Program-made: the position numbers and the translations under genes
Shown: one piece after another, positions 21,339-31,300 of the stretch
Numbering within the stretch: position 1 is the stretch's first letter
How the letters are laid out: every line of letters starts with the position of its first letter
Notes under the pieces: generated by a model
Seen by the model: only the letters and a program-made list of their open reading frames with translations
Database searches by the model: none
What the model was told of the DNA's origin: nothing
Origin: a virus
Length of the DNA: 64,000 bases
Virus record (IMG/VR): IMGVR_UViG_3300032322_002195
Coordinates: 44,838-108,837 of that record
Direction: 5' to 3' (one strand)

Positions 21339-21816
21339 TGATTTCACCAACATACTCGTGACTAAAACAAATTCGTTTGTTGTCAAAGTAATGTTCCTTG
21401 TACATATTCTTAACCGTAACATCCTTACGCAATTTTCTATTTTTGCTGGTGCCAACCCAAAGTGGTGACTTCTCCCTGTAATGGCCCATGCGTGGATGAC
21501 TAGTTCTAGAAAAATATCTGTGACCTTGGTCAATATGAATCTGACCAATCGCATCTGAAAATCTCACTCCAATTCCCATACCTTGATAATCTGGAAGAAT
21601 AACCGTTCGATGACCACGCCATGCATTTTTTAATGTACCGCTAGGCAAAGTTAAAGTTGCTCCAAATGCAACAACTTGGTTTTCCCAAACCCCTACATAA
21701 CATCTAGCTGCTTTATTTATATTTCCATCTAAATAGTGATGGTCTTTAAACATTCCCCAACTATCATAGTTTGTGCGATATATTTTGATAGTGATTTTTG
21801 GTCGGACAAAAAAAAA
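21331..21816 (-). CDS. GNAT acetyltransferase domain, probable -1 frameshift continuation of the upstream ATPase
   Basis: HHYL, RTVILPDYQGMGIG, SRTSHP; frame open upstream of ATG 21753 (VRPKITIKIYRTNYDSWG) to the T9 run. Confidence 0.8.
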   Translation of the reverse strand, partial: FFFVRPKITIKIYRTNYDSWGMFKDHHYLDGNINKAARCYVGVWENQVVAFGATLTLPSGTLKNAWRGHRTVILPDYQGMGIGVRFSDAIGQIHIDQGHRYFSRTSHPRMGHYREKSPLWVGTSKNRKLRKDVTVKNMYKEHYFDNKRICFSHEYVGEITI

Positions 21817-22418
21817 CCGTGAAGCAATTCACCAGTATCCGTATTTAAAACCCAATCAGGTTCCAACCAATCAATGATGTCATAATGACATGTTGATAGA
21901 ACAACATTTTCAATATCATTACTTTTGATATATTTTGATAAAGCTACGCTAGCTGCTTTTGCTACGTTACGGTCAACAACGCTGGTATATTCATCAATAA
22001 CAGCACCAGTTTTAAGCTTTCTGGCTAAGTCAGCTCTGAATTTCTCACCATTGGATAAAACATCATATGGCTTATACCACGAAGGGATTGAATTAAAACC
22101 AACAGAGCTAAGTCTGTTGACACCATTGTCTGGTGTGTCAAAATGTGATATGACTGCTTTCTTAGATTCCCAAATAGGGTTCTCTTCTGAACCAAAATGC
22201 CGTAATAAAGTTGATTTTCCAGACCCTGAAGAACCTACAATCACACCTAATTTAAAACTTTTAGGCAATTTTTTTGGAAATTTCCATGGATAAAATTTTG
22301 AAGTGCCGTCAAATCGGCAATCGAATGCCGTTTCTGTTGCCGAAATAAATTCATCTTTATTAACTGAGCAAATCAAAGGCTCAGATTCTTTTTCCAATTT
22401 CTCAATCAAGTTATCCAT
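21729..22418 (-). CDS. ABC-type ATPase domain
   Basis: GSSGSGKST Walker A, LSNGEKFR signature, VIDEYTSVVDR Walker B, STCH switch. Confidence 0.85.
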   Translation of the reverse strand: MDNLIEKLEKESEPLICSVNKDEFISATETAFDCRFDGTSKFYPWKFPKKLPKSFKLGVIVGSSGSGKSTLLRHFGSEENPIWESKKAVISHFDTPDNGVNRLSSVGFNSIPSWYKPYDVLSNGEKFRADLARKLKTGAVIDEYTSVVDRNVAKAASVALSKYIKSNDIENVVLSTCHYDIIDWLEPDWVLNTDTGELLHGFFLSDQKSLSKYIAQTMIVGECLKTITI

Positions 22419-22516
22419 ATGTCACAAAAATATATTAAATTTGTGACAAGTAAAGACAAAAAAATGGCTAGACATTTTGAAAAAAATGCCCAGCCATTAA
22501 TATTTTAATAGTGTGA

Positions 22517-22729
22517 TTATTTCTTTTTAACCTCAGTCAAAGATTTGACAGCAGCCTCTAATTTAGCAATTTTACTTTCCAGTACTGTTGCTTTATCTGA
22601 TTTATTTTTAGCTTGTTCGTTAATCCACTCTTGTTTTTTTACAGCAACAGCTTCGTTAACAATTTTGTCAATCAAATCGACTAATTCACTCTCTTTAATC
22701 TTAACTGTTTTTTTTGCTACTTTTGACAT
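22517..22729 (-). CDS. small coiled-coil probable head-internal protein
   Basis: VKIKESELVDLIDKIVNE; ATATTTATA upstream. Confidence 0.6.
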   Translation of the reverse strand: MSKVAKKTVKIKESELVDLIDKIVNEAVAVKKQEWINEQAKNKSDKATVLESKIAKLEAAVKSLTEVKKK

Positions 22730-22987
22730 TTGTTTGAGTTTTATAAAATCTTATTATTACTATAAATATATCGAATTTATAAAAAAGATTCATATCGTTT
22801 AAAAATCTTACTCGTCAACTCTAACCACATCAAATATAGTAAGTAAATCGTATAAATTAAGTCTTTTAATTTTGGAAAAATATTCCTGAGCTTCTATTAG
22901 TGAATTAGCTATCGTGTAAGTTATTGTCTCACCAAAACTGTTTTTAAGTGCGTATTTATTCATTTTTAATTTTTATTATTAAATAAG

Positions 22988-23518
22988 TTAACATAATTTA
23001 TCAGCACATGATGAACTAGCGTAAGCATCTGGTTTTATTTTAAAATCATAACCCATTCCAAGTATATAACCAACAGCATGTTGTAATGCTTTATTTGAAT
23101 CATATGTTGGATTTGGATTGATATCAGCATGAATTTCAAGTTTAACTCCATAAGAATCCAATAAGCTTGCTATACTGTAAGCAGCTTCAATAGATTTACC
23201 AACTTCATAAACCATTCTTTCATTTATGATTTCTTTATCTGCTAATTTTCTATTAGTTTGTTTTGTTTTAAATGTGTGCATATGAGTGTGAGATATCACA
23301 ATACCACCACGACCAACAATAACACCACCACCTAAATCCTCAAAAGTTGAAATTAAAATTACAGTAACAAAATTATATTTTGGACCACTAATTTTTTGAG
23401 AGTCAGTCCCAATTGAAACCTTTAATGTGTATCCCTTTTCAACTTCTTCTATTATAATACTTTCTAAGTAATCATTAATAGGTACTGTAATTTTTTTGTT
23501 GTTTCTTTTCCATTCCAT
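22988..23518 (-). CDS. RNase H-like YkuK/DUF458 family protein
   Basis: IGTDSQ, EVGKS, LEIHADIN, IKPDAYASSSCAD. Confidence 0.8.
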   Translation of the reverse strand: MEWKRNNKKITVPINDYLESIIIEEVEKGYTLKVSIGTDSQKISGPKYNFVTVILISTFEDLGGGVIVGRGGIVISHTHMHTFKTKQTNRKLADKEIINERMVYEVGKSIEAAYSIASLLDSYGVKLEIHADINPNPTYDSNKALQHAVGYILGMGYDFKIKPDAYASSSCADKLC

Positions 23519-23579
23519 TTTATTTAGTTTTTAATTTTGTTATTAATAAAAAAAACCCCAGTTAATTCTGGGGTTAAAT

Positions 23580-24992
23580 TTAGTTTATTAAAGTTTGTGG
23601 TAACAAACTTTTTAATTTTCTATAATTTTCCACCCCTATATCTTCTTCTCTTACCCCTAGTCTATGTAACGAACCACCGTTACTTTTATCCAAATAAGAA
23701 ATTTCATACGGTATATCTTTAATTATATTTCCAGTTAGGTTCAAAAAAACAAGATTTTTAAGATTGCCAATTTCACTTGGCAATTTTTTTATTTTATTGT
23801 CCGTCAGAACCAACATTTCTAGAGTTGTCAAATTACCTATAGATGGATGTAAATCAACCAATCCAGCTCCAGTTATAATAAGCTGGTCGATTAATTTAAA
23901 TTTACTCATGTCTGGTAATTTTGGTACTTCTCTTCTCATAATTTTTATTGTCGGTACATTCTCATGATACATTTCAAACAAACTCTCAGAAAAACCAAAC
24001 TTGATTAGAAAGTCTAAATATTTGTTTGAATCTAATCCCTTTTTGTAATCTTTAGCCATTCCCATCAATTCCTCATAAAAGAAATTACTTAATCCTTCGC
24101 TTTCCACCAAAACATTTTCATAAATTCCAACATTTTGTGCGTTCTTTCTGTCTTTTAATTGACCCGTTTCAAAATGTATTTGAAACAACTCATCCGATTC
24201 TTTTGTAAAAAATTTGTTATTTATTATAATATAAATATCAGAGTTTTCACCGTTTGGTTTTTTATAATTTTGAGTGTAATTCTTAAACATACCATTGCCT
24301 TCTTTAGCCGTACACCAGTTGGCAAATTTATCAAATATAACATTTGCAGATGTTGTCTTTGGAATAAATAATGTAAATTTTCTATCCCTTACTGGTATTT
24401 CAGCTTGCCCAGACTCAACAAATTTATTCATGGTCCTCTCAACAGCGCTTGGTTCTCTTTCAATAAATGGGTCCACAGCATCAAAAAGTTGAGCCAATGA
24501 CTTGTATTGATTGATATTAGTCGGGTCGCTAATGTGTTTAAGACTATAACTAGCAGAACATAATTCCTTAAATTTCTTTTTTCGTTTGTTGTCTTCAAAC
24601 ATAACAAGATAAGTTTTGGCTTGTGGCAAATCTTCAGTTACAAACCTAGAAGCTTGCGCCATTTCTTTTTCAGAACCTGTTTTGATGTACCTAGTAAAAG
24701 TGTTTAACATCCATTGCAAATACATTTTGTTTTCCGTTGGGTCTGCAACAACCATATCAGCAAACACATTTGAAGCAACACTAATCTTTTTTAAGATTCT
24801 ACCCTTTTCATTAAACCTAGTAGAGTTAATAGCAATAACTTCTCCACTATTTGTTAAAATAGGGTTGCCTTGAAAACCTAATTCTAAAAGTTCTTTTAAC
24901 TTTAAATTAGTTCTTTCAACATCAATGTTTTCAAAAACATCAAACTGCTCAGCCAAAAAAGTTAATCTATCTGTTATATTAGACTCTTTCAT
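23580..24992 (-). CDS. protein with C-terminal leucine-rich repeats
   Basis: LHPSIGNLTTLEMLVLTDNKIKKLPSEIGNLKNLVFLNLTGNIIKDIP; central NWCTA motif. Confidence 0.8.
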   Translation of the reverse strand: MKESNITDRLTFLAEQFDVFENIDVERTNLKLKELLELGFQGNPILTNSGEVIAINSTRFNEKGRILKKISVASNVFADMVVADPTENKMYLQWMLNTFTRYIKTGSEKEMAQASRFVTEDLPQAKTYLVMFEDNKRKKKFKELCSASYSLKHISDPTNINQYKSLAQLFDAVDPFIEREPSAVERTMNKFVESGQAEIPVRDRKFTLFIPKTTSANVIFDKFANWCTAKEGNGMFKNYTQNYKKPNGENSDIYIIINNKFFTKESDELFQIHFETGQLKDRKNAQNVGIYENVLVESEGLSNFFYEELMGMAKDYKKGLDSNKYLDFLIKFGFSESLFEMYHENVPTIKIMRREVPKLPDMSKFKLIDQLIITGAGLVDLHPSIGNLTTLEMLVLTDNKIKKLPSEIGNLKNLVFLNLTGNIIKDIPYEISYLDKSNGGSLHRLGVREEDIGVENYRKLKSLLPQTLIN

Positions 24993-25039
24993 AACACATT
25001 TTAAATCAAAGATACGAAAATATTTTTAACAAGACAAGA

Positions 25040-25381
25040 CTATGGTAAAAATCTTTTCATCAAATCATCGTCCAAATATTCCTCAACCCTACGCTTTAAA
25101 AACCAAGTTAAATTATCAAAACTGTCAGAATCCCTATTTATAACATCTAATAAAACTATGTTTGGATTTTCACCGTCAGTTAACCTATATTTTATCTCGT
25201 CTATAACGTCTGTACGATTATAACTCATAAGTTGTTGTAATATAACACCATAAGTTTCCCATCTAGCCTCTTCATCCTCATTCAATGTTTTCACAATATT
25301 ATTCACATGCTTTTGGTACGCTTTATCCAGTGTAGTTTTTTTTCCTTTTGTGGGTATTATTAACAAATTAAAATCCCTCAT
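25040..25381 (-). CDS. hypothetical protein
   Basis: 113 aa; ATATTTATA upstream. Confidence 0.55.
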   Translation of the reverse strand: MRDFNLLIIPTKGKKTTLDKAYQKHVNNIVKTLNEDEEARWETYGVILQQLMSYNRTDVIDEIKYRLTDGENPNIVLLDVINRDSDSFDNLTWFLKRRVEEYLDDDLMKRFLP

Positions 25382-25422
25382 AAGCGTATTTTAAATAGAA
25401 TCGTTATTTACTATAAATATCT

Positions 25423-26460
25423 TTAAAGTCCCATTTCACCAAGCTTTTGAATAACATCTTCTACTTTTGTCTGAGCATCAATCGAATAATTTACTCTATC
25501 TAAATCTTCAACACAAAATCGAGTGATATTTGTTTGAAATTCATGCCATTTAGGTGTAACATCGCTAACCATAACTACATGAGTACCAAGGGCCCAAGCC
25601 AACCAACTTAGCCCAGAACTAACCCCTAAATGAGCTTTAGCGTGATATATGTCTAACGCCCTTTTTTCCAAAGATATATCGCCAGTCAAATCAATTACAT
25701 TTCTTAAATTTGTTGGTTCTTTTGAAATAACCAAAACTTGGTAGTCTTTTGAACCCAAATAATCAACAACTTTTTGCCACCCATCTACATCTTTCCATTT
25801 TTTTATATCTGAACTCCCATGTTCGGACAACGTCACGTAATTACCTTTTATTCTTGGCGATAAATGCTTACATAAAATACTCAAATCTGGCCTAATTTCA
25901 ACACGGTCCAACCCCAATGTGTCAGTTGCAACTATTTGTAATGGTACTTTGCTAACTTTAACAGGGCAATAATATGGGTTGTCATCATCACTGGCCCCAA
26001 TGTAATATTGGGTATAAACATTGTCAATTTGTGTATTTGGTTTTACAAATAAAATTTCTGGATATGCATCTATAAATAAATTATTATAAAAAGTAGAACA
26101 AATAACTGTACATTGATGTTTCTTTCTGAATTCTTCAACATATGGCATCCAAGCAATGTTATCACCCAAAGCATATGCGTCAAATTTAATAAATATTTTT
26201 TTACCATTTGGATTAAAAAATTCATGATAAACAGGTGTACCATCCTCATCATCAATAATTATTAACCAATTGGTAAACCATTGTTTTGTTTTTGCTACAA
26301 TCGTTTGATTTGTTTGACATGAACCAGAACTAACCAATCCTTTATTAAACTCATAAAAGAAAACATTATATTTTTTAGGTATGTCCCCAATAATGCTAAC
26401 CCTAGGTGCATTACCTTCTTTTGGTAATGTCGTTACATAACTAACTTTAAAACAATTCAT
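25423..26460 (-). CDS. GT9-like glycosyltransferase (autotransporter O-heptosyltransferase-like)
   Basis: ALGDNIAWMPYVEEFRKKH.C, IDLTG, GVSSGLSWLAWALG. Confidence 0.75.
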   Translation of the reverse strand: MNCFKVSYVTTLPKEGNAPRVSIIGDIPKKYNVFFYEFNKGLVSSGSCQTNQTIVAKTKQWFTNWLIIIDDEDGTPVYHEFFNPNGKKIFIKFDAYALGDNIAWMPYVEEFRKKHQCTVICSTFYNNLFIDAYPEILFVKPNTQIDNVYTQYYIGASDDDNPYYCPVKVSKVPLQIVATDTLGLDRVEIRPDLSILCKHLSPRIKGNYVTLSEHGSSDIKKWKDVDGWQKVVDYLGSKDYQVLVISKEPTNLRNVIDLTGDISLEKRALDIYHAKAHLGVSSGLSWLAWALGTHVVMVSDVTPKWHEFQTNITRFCVEDLDRVNYSIDAQTKVEDVIQKLGEMGL

Positions 26461-26461
26461 T

Positions 26462-26782
26462 TTAAAAATTTTTAATCTTATAATATAATCTTTCTAATTC
26501 TGGTGTAAACACCTTTACATCTTCAATTGTCTCGATAATCGAATCATTAGTGCTATTTTCTTCTGTCAATATATATTGAAGTTCTTTAACTTTTAACATG
26601 TCTTTTATGGAATGTTTGAGTTCTAAAACTACTTGATTGTACGTGGCCCAAACTTTTCTTTTTTCTGTTGATTTGGCCATAAGGTTTTCAGTGACTTTAA
26701 TTTCGTATTCGTGTTCTAAATTAGATTTAAACCCACCATACTGTTCATCAAGAACTTTCCTTATTTTAGCCTTTAAGTCCAT
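26462..26782 (-). CDS. hypothetical protein
   Basis: 106 aa; weak similarity to 25040..25381 (W.TY...L..L). Confidence 0.55.
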   Translation of the reverse strand: MDLKAKIRKVLDEQYGGFKSNLEHEYEIKVTENLMAKSTEKRKVWATYNQVVLELKHSIKDMLKVKELQYILTEENSTNDSIIETIEDVKVFTPELERLYYKIKNF

Positions 26783-26786
26783 ATCA

Positions 26787-27125
26787 CTAATTCATAGCCA
26801 CATTCTTTGACAAATTATAGTTATCATCAATGTTCCCAAAAACCCAATCTTTAATAACTTGTTGTGTAAATTCTTCACCCATCTTGTACTTGTATTTCAT
26901 ATACTCATACAAAGATTTGGGTGAAATAACCTCACCATCAGCCCTAACCTCAATCATGGGTGTTTCGTAATATTCACCACCTTCACGAACAAATTTTTGA
27001 ACAGCTTCATAATTCATGTCTAAATCCTTTTTCATCTTTTTAACCATGTTTGAATGAGCACTTTCGTTCAGAGTTTGTTTTAAACGATTAAATTGTCCCT
27101 CTGTTATTATAATCTTCTTTTTCAT
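26787..27125 (-). CDS. hypothetical probable head-internal protein
   Basis: N-terminus KKIIITEGQ...LNE. Confidence 0.6.
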   Translation of the reverse strand: MKKKIIITEGQFNRLKQTLNESAHSNMVKKMKKDLDMNYEAVQKFVREGGEYYETPMIEVRADGEVISPKSLYEYMKYKYKMGEEFTQQVIKDWVFGNIDDNYNLSKNVAMN

Positions 27126-27174
27126 ATCTATAAATATCTATTCACAATAAAAAAGGGCTCATATGAGCCCTTAA

Positions 27175-27498
27175 TCACAATAACAAATTATTTATTTTTT
27201 GTTCTATTTCATTTTTAGGTTTAAAACCACTGAATCTATCAATTATTTCACCGTTTTTGATGAAAATTAAGGTAGGGATACCCCTTATACCGTATTTAAC
27301 AGCTGCTCCAGAATTCTCATCAACATTTATCTTACCAATGTTAATTTTATCATTATCTTTGAATTCTGTAGAGAGTTCATCAATTATTGGGGTTAACATT
27401 CTACATGGACCGCACCATGGTGCCCAAAAATCCAATACGGTTATCTCTTTTTCTTTTAAAACACTTTCTAATGTGTTATCAGTTACTTCTAATGCCAT
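27175..27498 (-). CDS. trxA: thioredoxin
   Basis: LDFWAPWCGPC, YGIRGIPT. Confidence 0.95.
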   Translation of the reverse strand: MALEVTDNTLESVLKEKEITVLDFWAPWCGPCRMLTPIIDELSTEFKDNDKINIGKINVDENSGAAVKYGIRGIPTLIFIKNGEIIDRFSGFKPKNEIEQKINNLLL

Positions 27499-27558
27499 TT
27501 ACTTAAGTTTTATTTTTTGTTATAATTATAAATATACAAAACAATTTTGAAATAATCA

Positions 27559-27810
27559 ATGTCCGATTCAGAAATTATTTGGAAGTACCTAGACCGTGAA
27601 TACCCTAATGACCATTTGGTTATTTATTTGTATGTTTGTGGGAATGTTAGGAGTAATAAAAAAGCTCTAACAAGTGTCTGCGATTCAATCAAAACTATAT
27701 TTAGCCCACCAATTAATGAATCAATTATTAAATCAACAGTCACTGGGTTTTTAGAAAATAAACTTAAACTATATAAAAAAGGTGAGATTCAAGTAAAGTC
27801 TTTATATTAA
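27559..27810 (+). CDS. hypothetical protein
   Basis: 83-aa ORF. Confidence 0.5.
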   Translation: MSDSEIIWKYLDREYPNDHLVIYLYVCGNVRSNKKALTSVCDSIKTIFSPPINESIIKSTVTGFLENKLKLYKKGEIQVKSLY

Positions 27811-28122
27811 ATAATATCACCACAATTTGGAAAAAATTCTTTTACCAATCTGACAGGTTCTTCAAACTTTTCAAATTTACGCAATGAAAAAAAGTTTAAT
27901 ATATATACCCCACATTCTTCATTACTAAAAGAAAATATATCAGTTAACATCCTAGAAATAATTGATATATGGCTAATTTCTTGTTTTGACAAAACCCTAT
28001 CATTTAAAGAAGCTGCCATCAATCTACAATAACTAAAATGAGTCATGCAATTTGTTTGTTTGTAAAGTTTTAAAGTTACTTCACAAATTAATAAATAAAC
28101 ATGGTTATCAAATTTTTTCATT

Positions 28123-28395
28123 ATGTTTGATGTAATATTTATAAATATGTGTACTGATATAGACAAAAATCTCGTAAAAAAATTTTTAGTATTAAATTAT
28201 CCAGTTTCTAGGATAAAACATAATCTAAGATTTAGACGAGCTATAATTTTAGATGATGGAAGTTTTTTTATACTAGGTGAAAACAATCAACAAACACTAA
28301 AGTATAAATTATTAGAATCACTTAAAATAGTGTTTAATTACGAAGATTCAGACCTATTAAAAATATTGGATACTTTATTTCCATCCAAATCTTGA
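28123..28395 (+). CDS. hypothetical protein
   Basis: ORF resembling 27559..27810 at N-terminus (KFL..NYP / KYL..EYP); true start may be 28147. Confidence 0.45.
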   Translation: MFDVIFINMCTDIDKNLVKKFLVLNYPVSRIKHNLRFRRAIILDDGSFFILGENNQQTLKYKLLESLKIVFNYEDSDLLKILDTLFPSKS

Positions 28396-28980
28396 TTACC
28401 AATACTCAATCTTTTTTAACGTTAATTGTGTCCAATAATGACAATTGTACCCATCTATGCTACCCTCAACTTCTTGTATCTGAATAGCAACCAAACTATC
28501 TTGTTCACTTATTGTTTGACCGCTAAAAGGTCTAGCAGAACCACCCATTAACGATTGACCAAAAACTGGGTCCTCAACTATTCTATGGTCGTATCCAACA
28601 TAATAAACAGCGTATTGTTTAGTTGTATCATCATTTAAGATGAAATCACCGTAGCCTGGGAAATTAATGGGTTTGTAAAAAGAATATGTTGTGTAATTCC
28701 TAATGATAACCTCTATATCAAACATTGGACCACCCCACCTTAAACTTGAAGTGTCCTTGTTATCACCAAAATGTCTATAAACCTTTCTTTCCCCAGTTTC
28801 ATTGTTGTCAACATACATAACCCCATCAACAACCAAAAATTTACCCCACATACTGATTCCAGTAATGCTGTCAAATTTAGGCTCCTTAAAAGGATATTCA
28901 TCTGTTGGTAAAACTTCTTTATGACAAGAATTAAAACCTAAAACTAAAAATAAACTAATTAATTTAAAATACTTTTTCAT
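28396..28980 (-). CDS. putative lipoprotein
   Basis: MKKYFKLISLFLVLGFNSC signal/lipobox; host-type promoter just upstream. Confidence 0.65.
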   Translation of the reverse strand: MKKYFKLISLFLVLGFNSCHKEVLPTDEYPFKEPKFDSITGISMWGKFLVVDGVMYVDNNETGERKVYRHFGDNKDTSSLRWGGPMFDIEVIIRNYTTYSFYKPINFPGYGDFILNDDTTKQYAVYYVGYDHRIVEDPVFGQSLMGGSARPFSGQTISEQDSLVAIQIQEVEGSIDGYNCHYWTQLTLKKIEYW

Positions 28981-29035
28981 ATTTGCTTTTTGCAAAGGTA
29001 TGAAAAATATTTTAAAAAACCAAACTTTTTATAAT

Positions 29036-29488
29036 TTACAAAGTAAATACAGTTATTTTTGCCAATTTAACCATTAAATTTCCTTCATTGTCATTAGCCA
29101 AATCAACCTCAACAGCATCGTCAATAGTTATAATTCCACGTCCATTTTCTAACTCCAATTCTACATTATCCCAATTAACATTTAATTTTATTATTTCACT
29201 ATTGGTGTCTTCATTGGTCACAAAAAAACTAATCTCAGTCTCTAATTCTTCAGGTCCTTCAACACTGTATAGTGATATATCTTTGATTCCCCAGCTTCTT
29301 CCATCTATTTCTATATCATAAAATAAACGTATTTTAACAGGTTCAATGTAATCAATATCATTACCCTTGTATTTCAAACCATAACTGTTAAAACTTACAT
29401 TAACGTCTTTGTTATATTTGTTTGAAGTAGCCTCATTCAAACTTGATTTAATCATTTCTAATTGACCTTCTGTAATCTTTATTCTCAT
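29036..29488 (-). CDS. hypothetical probable head-internal protein
   Basis: N-terminus MRIKITEGQ...LNE; ATATTTAT upstream. Confidence 0.6.
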   Translation of the reverse strand: MRIKITEGQLEMIKSSLNEATSNKYNKDVNVSFNSYGLKYKGNDIDYIEPVKIRLFYDIEIDGRSWGIKDISLYSVEGPEELETEISFFVTNEDTNSEIIKLNVNWDNVELELENGRGIITIDDAVEVDLANDNEGNLMVKLAKITVFTL

Positions 29489-29536
29489 AACTTTTTATAA
29501 ATAAATATCTTTATTTTTTTTAAAATTTTAGTATAT

Positions 29537-29995
29537 TTGTATATGGCTAATCTTAATTTTAAAGATGATTTGATTCTTTCTCAAACTGGTGAAATAAAAA
29601 CCATAAACTTTTTGGAACAAAAAGGATTAAAATACCTCTCATCAAACAACGATAATAAATATGATTTGATGATGGGTAAAGATGAAAAAGTCTTTACATA
29701 CGAAGTAAAAACTGATTTTAAATGTGCACCACTATTCGATACGGGAAATTTATTTGTTGAATTTGAATGCAGAAAACACCCTTCTGGAATATCTGTAACA
29801 AAATCAGATTGGTTTGTTACATATTTTATATACCTTGATGAATTATGGTTTATTAAAAGTGAAAACTTAAAAAAACTTATAAATGATAATGATTTTCAAA
29901 TATTTATTGATGCTGGAGATATCAACAGCGAAACAAAAGGTTATCTGATAAACAGAAAGAAATTCAAAAAACATTTTCATGTCTACAAAGTCTAA
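29537..29995 (+). CDS. PD-(D/E)XK family nuclease
   Basis: GE...YDL...YEVKTD...TGNLFVEF. Confidence 0.7.
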   Translation: MYMANLNFKDDLILSQTGEIKTINFLEQKGLKYLSSNNDNKYDLMMGKDEKVFTYEVKTDFKCAPLFDTGNLFVEFECRKHPSGISVTKSDWFVTYFIYLDELWFIKSENLKKLINDNDFQIFIDAGDINSETKGYLINRKKFKKHFHVYKV

Positions 29996-30566
29996 CAAAA
30001 AACCAAAACTTTTAATTGAACTTATCCCAACAACCTGCCATTATAGTAATGTAAGAACAACCGTTAAAAAAAAAGAATGGGACAAAATAAGATTTATTTC
30101 CTATGAATCGGCCAATAATAAATGCGAAATATGTGGCGATATTGGCAAAAATCAAGGTTATAACCACAACGTTGAATGTCATGAAATATGGGAATATGAC
30201 GATGAAAATAAAATACAAAAACTGGTTGGCCTAATATCACTTTGCCCAACTTGCCACCAAGTTAAACACATAGGTCGAGCCATAGCAATAGGTAAACATA
30301 AACAAGCCTATGCTCAACTCATGAAAGTTAACAAATGGACCCAAAAACAAGTAGAAGAACATATTTTAGAATCATTTGAAATCCATAAAGAAAGGTCAAA
30401 ACATGAATGGGAACTAAACCTATCAATACTCACTGAAGAACCATACAATATAAAAATAAAAAACTATACAACAAGAATATTTGAAGCGAAAAAAATTAAA
30501 AGAAAAAGAAAACGCTCAAAAACTATTCTAAAGAAAAAACCAAATAAAAGACCACCAAAAAATTGA
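29979..30566 (+). CDS. HNH-type Zn-binding endonuclease-like protein
   Basis: CEICG...ECHEIW...LCPTCHQVKH. Confidence 0.75.
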   Translation: MSTKSNKKPKLLIELIPTTCHYSNVRTTVKKKEWDKIRFISYESANNKCEICGDIGKNQGYNHNVECHEIWEYDDENKIQKLVGLISLCPTCHQVKHIGRAIAIGKHKQAYAQLMKVNKWTQKQVEEHILESFEIHKERSKHEWELNLSILTEEPYNIKIKNYTTRIFEAKKIKRKRKRSKTILKKKPNKRPPKN

Positions 30567-30571
30567 TGCTT

Positions 30572-31300
30572 TTAATGGTAATTAATTATAAACCATTCAC
30601 CTTCATACGTCTCAACCAAAGCCGTCTTTGATTCAACCCAATCACCAGAATTCATATAATTGATACCATCTATAACACTAATCTCAGCTTTATGAATATG
30701 ACCACATATAACACCGTCATAACCATTTTGTTTTGCATATGTAACCATATGGTTTTCAAAATCCCCAACATACTTTGTAGCTTGTTTAACACTATCCTTT
30801 ATAACCTTAGATAAAGAAAAATACTCCATCCCAACAAACTCACGATATTTGTTATACCACTTGTTTAACCATAAACATAAATCATAACCAATGCTACCTA
30901 TCTTAGCCAACCATTTCATGTCATTTATAAAAACATCAAAAATATCACCATGTATAACCAAATAACGCTTGCCATCAATACCAATATGCTCCATATCCCT
31001 TTTTATAAAAACATTGCCAATGTTAAAAGGAATAAAATTAGCTAAAAAATCATCATGATTACCCATCACCCAAATAACATCATTCTCTTGAGCAATTTCT
31101 AATATCTTTCTAATACATTTCATGTGATTCTCATCCCATTTAGAACCCCTATTTAAAGCCCAACCATCAATAATATCACCATTTAATATTAATTTCTCAC
31201 ACTTGTTATCCCTTAAAAAATTAACCACATCATTAGCCCTAGAATATTGAGACCCTAAATGTATGTCTGATAAAATAATTGTTTTGTAATTCATGACCAA
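30572..31300 (-). CDS. metallophosphoesterase, UDP-2,3-diacylglucosamine hydrolase (LpxH/YbbF)-like
   Basis: SDIHLG, GDIIDGW, GNHD, HGD, CGHIH, NSGDWVE. Confidence 0.85.
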   Translation of the reverse strand: MVMNYKTIILSDIHLGSQYSRANDVVNFLRDNKCEKLILNGDIIDGWALNRGSKWDENHMKCIRKILEIAQENDVIWVMGNHDDFLANFIPFNIGNVFIKRDMEHIGIDGKRYLVIHGDIFDVFINDMKWLAKIGSIGYDLCLWLNKWYNKYREFVGMEYFSLSKVIKDSVKQATKYVGDFENHMVTYAKQNGYDGVICGHIHKAEISVIDGINYMNSGDWVESKTALVETYEGEWFIINYH

